Part shown: one piece after another, positions 56,989 to 64,000 of the stretch
Layout of the letters: the number at the start of each line of letters is the position of its first letter
Numbering within the stretch: position 1 is the stretch's first letter
From: an uncultured Bdellovibrio sp.
GTDB lineage: Bacteria > Bdellovibrionota > Bdellovibrionia > Bdellovibrionales > Bdellovibrionaceae
Direction of reading: 5' to 3'
NCBI GenBank assembly: GCA_963932905.1
Contig: CAWVRN010000008.1
Coordinates: forward strand, 32,001 to 96,000
Length of the DNA stretch: 64,000 nucleotides
The notes under the pieces: generated by a model
What the model was told of the DNA's origin: nothing
The model's input: only the letters and a program-made list of their open reading frames with translations
Database searches by the model: none
Program-made: the position numbers and the translations under genes

Positions 56989-58158
56989 ATGGCCGGTGGC
57001 GGATTATTACGAATCAGAGATCTTAAACTTAACATCCCTAAAGAAGCCAAAGCTTTAGCGGATCAGATGCTAAAGGATTTAGAAAATTCAAAACGTCCTT
57101 ATTTGGAAGCTGTAAAGACGTCTTTAGATAATTCTTTTTACAATTCAAAGGTTGGTTACTTAACTCCCGGAGATAAGCGGGTACGAACGGAACTAAATGT
57201 TTCTTCGGTGCAAAAATTAGCCCGTGTTGTATTTATGCTGGAAATTTTGGTGGGAAATCTAAATATCGGTGCCGTAAATACTAAAAGGGAATTGTACTAC
57301 ATGTGTAAGGGTCTTATCAAAGGCGATAAGCATTACAAACCGTTGGATTTCGAAGACCAAGTGGAATCAGATAGTATCATCGATTTTATCGGCGATATGT
57401 TGCAAGTGTATCGTGAAGAATTAAACTGTTTCGCCAATGATCGTGGCGGTCAGACATATTCTAACCAATTGATCGTTGAAGAAACGATGGCCGATGGATC
57501 TATTGCCAGAATCGACTTGTCGAGTTTGGGTACCTCGCCATACATGCCAAAAAATAAACCTCAGGCATTGAAACTAAAGGTGAAAAAGAAAGTCGATTTT
57601 GCTTTGGTTATCGAATCAGAAGGTACCGCAAATACATTGCACACGATGGGTTTCACAAAACGAAACAACTGTATCTTGCTGGGTGCTCAAGGGGTTCCTT
57701 CGAATGGGGTTCGTGGCTGGTGTAAACTGATCCAAGATCAATTAGACGTACCTATGTATTTCTTCGGCGATCTGGATGCTTATACATTACAAAATATCTT
57801 CCGTACATTAAAAGCAGGTTCTGCGGCGTCTTTAATTAGAAACGCGGACTTTTCGGCTCCTGAAGTAAAATTCTTGGGTGTGTTACCTGAAGATATTAAA
57901 AAGTACGATTTATTCTGCTACAACGTAAAAGAATCAGATCCTGCGGAAGCACGTTCATTGAAAAAAGCGCGCGACGTATTGGAAAACGATCCGTTCTTTA
58001 TCGACAAGAAAAATAAAGGTCTGTCGGACATCTTGAAGTGGTTGTTGAAAGAAAAAATCCGTTGCGAACAGCAAAGTTATTTCTCGGTGGATCCAAAAGA
58101 TCCAATCAAAACTGAGAAAATCATTCTAGAAAAAATCAAAAATAAATCTTACGTTTAG
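56989..58158 (+). CDS. top6A: DNA topoisomerase VI subunit A (Spo11-like)
   Basis: TKRELYY (catalytic Tyr), Q.ESD, Toprim IESEG and GDLDAY, EQQ. Confidence 0.92.
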   Translation: MAGGGLLRIRDLKLNIPKEAKALADQMLKDLENSKRPYLEAVKTSLDNSFYNSKVGYLTPGDKRVRTELNVSSVQKLARVVFMLEILVGNLNIGAVNTKRELYYMCKGLIKGDKHYKPLDFEDQVESDSIIDFIGDMLQVYREELNCFANDRGGQTYSNQLIVEETMADGSIARIDLSSLGTSPYMPKNKPQALKLKVKKKVDFALVIESEGTANTLHTMGFTKRNNCILLGAQGVPSNGVRGWCKLIQDQLDVPMYFFGDLDAYTLQNIFRTLKAGSAASLIRNADFSAPEVKFLGVLPEDIKKYDLFCYNVKESDPAEARSLKKARDVLENDPFFIDKKNKGLSDILKWLLKEKIRCEQQSYFSVDPKDPIKTEKIILEKIKNKSYV

Positions 58159-58181
58159 ACTTAATAAGAAATGGCGAAGAT

Positions 58182-58210
58182 AAAAAAGGAACCGAAAGGT
58201 TCCTTTTTTT
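58182..58210. terminator. Bidirectional Rho-independent terminator
   Basis: AAAAAA GGAACC GAAA GGTTCC TTTTTTT between convergent genes. Confidence 0.9.
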
Positions 58211-58814
58211 ATTGGCACCCTTGAGATTTTAAATAGGTTACGATCTCTTTCGCTTCTTCTTTTTCAGCGTACGTCACTAAAGATTTTATGTGCTCGAGTT
58301 TGTCAGCTTGATCGCACGGTTTGCTAACTGTAAATTTGACTTCTTTGATGCATTCAAGAAATTCATATTCGATCATAATCTGAATTGGGGTCAACTGTAG
58401 TAAGTCTTCGGAAAACGCATTGGCACCGTTCTGAACTAACAGTGTGCAGGTTTTGTTTTTAAGTTCCTGTGAAATAGGTCCATGTAGGGAATACGAAAGT
58501 GCATTATGCTTGTGTTCATCGATAAGATTCACATTCACATTTTTACTTATCAAGTTCTTGATATAGTCCAGTTGTCCATTCCTGGACGCAATCATCAGGA
58601 CCGTAACGCCATTGGCACCCGTATAGTCCCAGTCACGATTGGTATTTTTTTGCAGGTTCTCTAGTGCGACCCAGTCACCCAATCGGGCACTGGCATACCA
58701 AGGATCGCCCGAGGGAGTGGAGGGGGCGCCTACTGAGTTTTTACTCTTAGTTTGGCAAGACGGGCCGGTAAGGAAGACGATGAGTATAAGTAGAGCAAAA
58801 TAGAGTCGTTTCAT
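58209..58814 (-). CDS. Ankyrin-repeat lipoprotein
   Basis: Signal peptide with Cys (GPSC); GVTVLMIASRNG...VNVN, GANA..TP ankyrin motifs. Confidence 0.8.
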   Translation of the reverse strand: MKRLYFALLILIVFLTGPSCQTKSKNSVGAPSTPSGDPWYASARLGDWVALENLQKNTNRDWDYTGANGVTVLMIASRNGQLDYIKNLISKNVNVNLIDEHKHNALSYSLHGPISQELKNKTCTLLVQNGANAFSEDLLQLTPIQIMIEYEFLECIKEVKFTVSKPCDQADKLEHIKSLVTYAEKEEAKEIVTYLKSQGCQ

Positions 58815-58952
58815 ATGGTTTTAGAGTAGTTCAACTCAAGGGTTGAAGGTACTCTATTTTTGTCAAACAGGGTCAACCTGTGCTTTTGCTTGGTAGTCGT
58901 TTAGTTTTCAGCTACAGTGGGCTGTTGATTTCACACAAGAAAGGACCAGGAT

Positions 58953-61223
58953 ATGTCATCCAAGATTGAAACCACCCCAGACATGGTTAAAAACGTCTAT
59001 CAAACAACTCAAAAAAGATTAGAAGTTATTCGCAAGCGATTAAATCGCCCGCTAACTTTAGCCGAGAAAATTCTTTTTGGTCACTTGGATGATCCACAAA
59101 ATCAAGAATTAGTTCGTGGTTCCAGTTTCTTATTACTTCGCCCTGACCGCGTGGCGATGCAAGATGCGACAGCGCAAATGGCATTACTTCAGTTCATGTT
59201 GGCAGGTAAAGATGAAGCAGCCGTTCCTACGACAGTTCACTGCGATCACTTAATTTTAGCTCACGTAGGTAAAGAAAAAGATTTAGCCGCTTCAAATAAA
59301 ACAAATGAAGAAGTTGTTAACTTCCTTGCTTCTGCATCATCACGTTACAACATCGGATTTTGGAGACCAGGTGCTGGTATCATCCATCAAGTTATCTTGG
59401 AAAACTATGCGTTCCCGGGTGGATTAATGATCGGTACAGATTCTCACACACCGAATGCGGGTGGTTTGGGTATGTGTGCTGTGGGTGTTGGTGGATCTGA
59501 TGCCTCTGACGTAATGGCGGGATTAACTTGGGAAGTTAAAAATCCAAAATTAATCGGTGTACACTTGAAAGGTAAAATGAATGGCTGGACATCAGCTAAA
59601 GACGTCATCTTAAAACTTTGCGGAATGTTAACTGTAAAAGGTGGAACAGATAAAATCGTTGAATATTTTGGTGAAGGCGCCCAATCGATTTCTTGTACTG
59701 GTAAAGCAACTATTACAAATATGGGTGCTGAGTTAGGTGCTACATGCTCTGTGTTCCCATATGATGATCGTATGGCGACCTACTTGAAAGCCACTAACCG
59801 CACTGAACTAGCTGGCGTAGCGGATGCAAATAAAGCATTGTTGAATGCAGATCCTGAAGTTCTAGCTAATCCTAAAAACTTCTTCGACGAAGTTTACGAA
59901 ATTGATTTAACAACGCTAGAACCACACTTAGTAGGTCCTCACTCGCCAGATATTGCTCGCCCAATTTCTGCGTTGGCAAAAGAAGCAAAAGAAAAAGGTT
60001 GGCCTTTAAAACTATCTTCAGCGTTGATTGGTTCTTGCACGAATTCATCATACGAAGATATCGGTCGTTCGGCGTTTATCGCAGAACAAGCGATGGCTCT
60101 TGGTTTGAAAATGAATCAACCATTCTTGGTTTCTCCGGGTTCAACACAAATTCAAAATACTATCGAACGCGATGGTCAGATGAAAGTGTTCAATGAAGTG
60201 GGCGCAACGGTTCTTGCCAATGCCTGCGGACCTTGTATCGGTCAGTGGAAACGCGATGATATTAAGTCTGGTGACAAAAATACAATCGTGACTTCGTTCA
60301 ACCGTAATTTCCGTGGACGTAATGACTCGAATGCAGAAACGTTAGCATTCATTGCGTCTCCTGAAGTTGTGATGGCATTAGGTTTAGCGGGGCGTATCGA
60401 TTTTAATCCTTTGACTGACGAATTAGAAGGTCCAAAAGGTAAAGCTAAATTAAAAGCACCAACAGCTCCAGAATTACCAGCGCGTGGTTTCGTAGCCGAT
60501 ACGGAAGGTTACCAAAAGCCAGCGGGACGTACAGCTGAAGTGAAAGTTTCGCCAACATCTGATCGTCTGCAATTGCTAGCTCCATTCACTGTATGGGACG
60601 GCAAGGATTTCACGGATCAAATCATCCTTGGTAAAGCTAAAGGTAAATGTACAACAGATCATATTTCTCCGGGCGGTCCTTGGTTGAAATACCGTGGTCA
60701 CTTGGACAATATTTCGAACAACATGTTACTTGGTGCTGACAACGCATTTACGGGTGAAATTGGTAAGGGTAAAAATCAGTTAACTCAAGAATCAGGTGTT
60801 GAATTCGCAAAAATCGCACGTGATTACCAAGCTAAGAAACATGGCTGGGTGATTATCGGTGATGAAAACTACGGTGAGGGTTCATCTCGTGAACACGCGG
60901 CGATGTCGCCACGTTTCTTGGGTTGTACTGCGGTTGTTGTTAAATCATTCGCACGTATCCATGAAACTAATTTGAAAAAGCAAGGTGTGTTGGCGTTAAC
61001 GTTTGCTAACCCAACTGATTACGAAAAAATTCGCGACACTGACAGAGTTGATTTGATCGATCTAAATGCGCTAGCTCCAGGCAAGCCGGTAACTATGATC
61101 GTGAAGCACGCTGATGGTACTCGTGAAACGATTTCGTTGAAACACACTTACAATGCGGAACAGTTAAAATGGTTCGTAGCGGGTAGTGCGCTTAATTTGA
61201 TCCGTAAGTCTTTGGCTCATTAA
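58953..61223 (+). CDS. Aconitate hydratase, mitochondrial-like type
   Basis: [51 protein letters not shown]. Confidence 0.95.
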   Translation: MSSKIETTPDMVKNVYQTTQKRLEVIRKRLNRPLTLAEKILFGHLDDPQNQELVRGSSFLLLRPDRVAMQDATAQMALLQFMLAGKDEAAVPTTVHCDHLILAHVGKEKDLAASNKTNEEVVNFLASASSRYNIGFWRPGAGIIHQVILENYAFPGGLMIGTDSHTPNAGGLGMCAVGVGGSDASDVMAGLTWEVKNPKLIGVHLKGKMNGWTSAKDVILKLCGMLTVKGGTDKIVEYFGEGAQSISCTGKATITNMGAELGATCSVFPYDDRMATYLKATNRTELAGVADANKALLNADPEVLANPKNFFDEVYEIDLTTLEPHLVGPHSPDIARPISALAKEAKEKGWPLKLSSALIGSCTNSSYEDIGRSAFIAEQAMALGLKMNQPFLVSPGSTQIQNTIERDGQMKVFNEVGATVLANACGPCIGQWKRDDIKSGDKNTIVTSFNRNFRGRNDSNAETLAFIASPEVVMALGLAGRIDFNPLTDELEGPKGKAKLKAPTAPELPARGFVADTEGYQKPAGRTAEVKVSPTSDRLQLLAPFTVWDGKDFTDQIILGKAKGKCTTDHISPGGPWLKYRGHLDNISNNMLLGADNAFTGEIGKGKNQLTQESGVEFAKIARDYQAKKHGWVIIGDENYGEGSSREHAAMSPRFLGCTAVVVKSFARIHETNLKKQGVLALTFANPTDYEKIRDTDRVDLIDLNALAPGKPVTMIVKHADGTRETISLKHTYNAEQLKWFVAGSALNLIRKSLAH

Positions 61224-61245
61224 AGATAGCGAATAATTTAAATCT

Positions 61246-61280
61246 AAAAAGCCTCTGAGCAAAACTCAGGGGCTTTTTTT
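61246..61280 (+). terminator. Rho-independent terminator after aconitase
   Basis: AAAAA GCCTCTGAG CAAAA CTCAGGGGC TTTTTTT. Confidence 0.88.
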
Positions 61281-61330
61281 ATTTTCTAGGTATAATAGAC
61301 TGTTTGTGCTGAAATATTCAGAAAAGCGAG

Positions 61331-61825
61331 GTGAGTATGTTTAAGGTATTTTTCCTAATAAATTTTTTAGTTGTTAACTGCGTATTCGCAAATGCTCCGG
61401 TGGGGTGTGATATTTCTATTGCTTATTCGATGCAAAATGAAGGCAGCAAAGATGCTTACCATACGACATCGATTTCGGGAAAAATAGTTTCTGTTGGTGG
61501 CAAAGAACATAAGTACGCTGATAACATAGATTTTTTAGCAGCCCAACGAAGTCTTTTGTACTGTTCGGCTGCCATGATTCAATGTTTTATCGATAAAAAA
61601 ATTTCAGATCCTGTTAATATGTCCATTTCATTTCAATTGCAAAAATCAGAAACGAAGCCCACTGGGGATTTCTCGAAAGCCTCTCAAGTAGATATAAAAT
61701 GGATGACTAATAAAAAACTAACTGCAGCAGAGGGATGCTTGAAGAAGTTAGTTTCGGACATTTCATTTGGACTGGTTGTAAAGGCGCCGGCGGCTATGAC
61801 CGTACCTGTAAAAATAGAAAATTAG
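61331..61825 (+). CDS. Exported hypothetical protein, possibly with an AgmX/PglI-like C-domain
   Basis: Signal-like N-terminus; IQCF...ISFQL...GCL...ISF...VPV pattern. Confidence 0.5.
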   Translation: MSMFKVFFLINFLVVNCVFANAPVGCDISIAYSMQNEGSKDAYHTTSISGKIVSVGGKEHKYADNIDFLAAQRSLLYCSAAMIQCFIDKKISDPVNMSISFQLQKSETKPTGDFSKASQVDIKWMTNKKLTAAEGCLKKLVSDISFGLVVKAPAAMTVPVKIEN

Positions 61826-61828
61826 TTT

Positions 61829-63208
61829 TTATAGATCGAATACTTTTCCAGGATTAATGATGTTATTTGGATCAAATATTTTTTTGATTGATTTGAATAT
61901 CTGAATTTCTTCTGCTGATCGAGAATAGTTTAAAAACGGTTTTTTGGTTAACCCTACGCCATGTTCAGCCGAGATACTGCCTTCAAACTTTTTGATACAT
62001 TCAAATATTTTTTTGTCTACCTTTTGGCATTCAGCGACGAAAATTTCCTTAGTCATGCCCTCTGGGCGTAAGATATTAAGATGTAAGTTACCGTCGCCAA
62101 TATGACCGAACCAAACAACTACCCAGTCAGGGTACGAAGCCAAAACTATTTGATCTAATTCTTTTACGAATGGAGACACCTTAGAAACGCGTACGGCAAT
62201 GTCGTTCTTGTAAGGTGAGTGAATAGCTAAAGATTCGCTAATATCTTCGCGATAGCGCCAGAATGTTTTGGCTTGGGTATCGGATTGAGCAATAACACCG
62301 TCTACTACGTATTCGTTCTCGAATGCTTTTTCGAGTACTTCACCTAAAAGAGCTTCGTCGGTATCGGATCCGTTGAGTTCAATTTCACACGTAATGTAAA
62401 ACGGATATTCATTTTCAAATGGAGCGGGCAGATTCTTTTGTTCCAGAACTTCTTTAAGAGCAATATTTGAAAACATTTCGAAGGCTGTTAATGCTAGTTT
62501 TGAATTAAAGTGTGCAAATACAGCCATGACTTTATCTAATGATTCACAGGCCAATAAAACAACCTGCAGTTTTTTAGCTTTACGAGTTAGCTGGATAGTC
62601 GATTCAGTTATAAAACCAAGAGTTCCTTCGCTACCAATAAATAAATGACGAAGATCATATCCGGTTGCATTTTTAACTAAGCTTTTGTTTAAAATTAAAG
62701 TTTGGCCAGCGCCGGTGACAACTTTTAACGATGTAACCCAATCACGAGTTAATCCATAGCGAAGAACTTTAATGCCACCAGCATTAGTAGCGATATTGCC
62801 ACCGATATGCGATGAACCGCGTGCTGCGAAATCTACAGGATAAAATAGGTCATGCTTTTCAGCCCACTGCTGAATTTCTTCAGTGATGACTCCAGGATCG
62901 CAAACAATAGTATTTTCTAAAGGATCAAACGTTTTAATTTTATTGAATTTTTCAAAGCTAACGACAACTTCATTTTTAGCGGCCACAGCGCCGCCAGATA
63001 GACCTGTGCGACCGCCCGAGGGAACAAGTGCTGTTTTTGTTTCATTCGCCCAGCGAACGATTTCGACTACATCTTCGTGAGATTTGGGAAATACAACGGC
63101 TTGGCAGTGAATATCAAAATACGTCGTCCAATCTTTACCGTAAACGGCAAGTTCTTTAGGGTCAGTAACGATTTGGGACGGATCTAATTTTAGTTGTTTT
63201 AAGCTCAT
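61829..63208 (-). CDS. FAD-binding oxidoreductase (D-2-hydroxyacid dehydrogenase/GlcD-like)
   Basis: GGRTGLSGG, IGGNIATNAGG, GYDL..LFIGSEGTLG, GHIGDGNLH, SAEHGVG, NPGK. Confidence 0.92.
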   Translation of the reverse strand: MSLKQLKLDPSQIVTDPKELAVYGKDWTTYFDIHCQAVVFPKSHEDVVEIVRWANETKTALVPSGGRTGLSGGAVAAKNEVVVSFEKFNKIKTFDPLENTIVCDPGVITEEIQQWAEKHDLFYPVDFAARGSSHIGGNIATNAGGIKVLRYGLTRDWVTSLKVVTGAGQTLILNKSLVKNATGYDLRHLFIGSEGTLGFITESTIQLTRKAKKLQVVLLACESLDKVMAVFAHFNSKLALTAFEMFSNIALKEVLEQKNLPAPFENEYPFYITCEIELNGSDTDEALLGEVLEKAFENEYVVDGVIAQSDTQAKTFWRYREDISESLAIHSPYKNDIAVRVSKVSPFVKELDQIVLASYPDWVVVWFGHIGDGNLHLNILRPEGMTKEIFVAECQKVDKKIFECIKKFEGSISAEHGVGLTKKPFLNYSRSAEEIQIFKSIKKIFDPNNIINPGKVFDL

Positions 63209-63225
63209 GAAAAAATCGTATCAAA

Positions 63226-63429
63226 TTAGAAGCGTTTAACAACCGATTTGCTGTTAAGGGTCCTGATGTTAAAAAATAAATACACTGGGCAAAGGCCCCA
63301 AGCCGCAGTGATAATAAAGTAAATACCTAAATACATCCAGCTTGGACCACCAGCTACCGCGTAGGTAACTAGCAGTACGCCCACCACAAATCGCAGACAT
63401 CGGTCCCAGACAGCTGTATTACACTTCAT
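63226..63429 (-). CDS. DUF2892 (YgaP-like) membrane protein
   Basis: N...DR.LR...G...CPVY..F.I.T pattern. Confidence 0.8.
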   Translation of the reverse strand: MKCNTAVWDRCLRFVVGVLLVTYAVAGGPSWMYLGIYFIITAAWGLCPVYLFFNIRTLNSKSVVKRF

Positions 63430-63437
63430 CTGAAGAA

Positions 63438-63746
63438 CTAAGCTTTCATCAGGTCTTGAAGTTCACCGGACTGATACATTTCCATCATGATGTCAGATCC
63501 ACCTACTAATTTTTTGTTGATGTAAAGTTGAGGAATTGTCGGCCAGTTGCCATAAACTTTGATACCATTTCTGATTTCTTCGTCTTCTAGTACGTTAACA
63601 TCTTTGAATTTAACGCCAAGATCTTGAAGGATCGAACACGCGCGCGCAGAGAAGCCGCACATAGGAAAATTTTGATTTCCTTTCATGAATAGAACCACTG
63701 GATTTTCATTTAAAAGCGAATCGATTCTTTCGTTTACTGTAGACAT
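63438..63746 (-). CDS. grxD: Monothiol glutaredoxin (Grx4)
   Basis: LFMKG...PMCGFS, WPTIPQL, GGSD. Confidence 0.95.
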   Translation of the reverse strand: MSTVNERIDSLLNENPVVLFMKGNQNFPMCGFSARACSILQDLGVKFKDVNVLEDEEIRNGIKVYGNWPTIPQLYINKKLVGGSDIMMEMYQSGELQDLMKA

Positions 63747-63756
63747 AGTTTACCTC

Positions 63757-63978
63757 TTATATACTTTTAGTTTTTAGTGATAGGGCGTGAACTTCGCCAG
63801 TTTTTAACTCAGCATCAAATACTTTCATAACGTGCTGGTGCTGTTCAATACGACTAAGGCCGTTGAAGGCTTTAGATTCTACAACAACGTCAAAATGTAC
63901 GTTGTCATCTGAAATTACGTTAACAATGGAACCCGGATAACTATTTTTAAGTCTTTCTAACATTTCATTTGCAGTCAT
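63757..63978 (-). CDS. bolA: BolA/IbaG-family protein
   Basis: HF.VVVES.AF.GLSR.EQH..V...VHALSL; adjacent to grxD. Confidence 0.9.
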   Translation of the reverse strand: MTANEMLERLKNSYPGSIVNVISDDNVHFDVVVESKAFNGLSRIEQHQHVMKVFDAELKTGEVHALSLKTKSI

Positions 63979-64000
63979 GCCTTGGAATTAGCACAATACA

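Noticed and set aside
1216..63080. Numerous 60-125 aa ORFs nested in or antisense to confident genes
   Set aside because: Shadow ORFs with no motifs or RBS, explained by the codon structure of the real genes.

Overview
This is a gene-dense, AT-rich bacterial chromosome segment. Its gene content (GldAFG-like ABC system, AgmX/PglI-domain proteins, an L,D-carboxypeptidase with NTF2-like domain next to fliL, topoisomerase VI, mitochondrial-type aconitase) points to a predatory Bdellovibrionaceae genome; this is an inference. Most of the window is housekeeping: ppx and phoU-phoB-phoR, tmk-holB-tatD, gap-pgk-tpiA, hisC-cmk-rpsA-sppA, M16 peptidases, top6BA, aconitase, grxD-bolA. Two accessory-looking blocks stand out. 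(1) 26.8-33.2 kb is a compact cluster with a ThiF-family adenylating enzyme, an alpha/beta hydrolase, a LuxI/FeeM-like acyltransferase, a membrane desaturase, three small XRE regulators and a lone receiver domain. The acyltransferase overlaps tail-to-tail with a regulator combining an XRE-type HTH and a probable ligand-binding domain. This is the best candidate for an undescribed acyl-signal (quorum-sensing-like) synthesis and perception system. (2) 47.0-51.4 kb is a PilV/PilW/giant-PilX-like minor pilin cassette. A catalytically degenerate hydantoinase/oxoprolinase A/B pair is also notable. I found no tRNA, rRNA, CRISPR array, integrase or transposase. All family assignments come from motif recognition by eye, without database searches.
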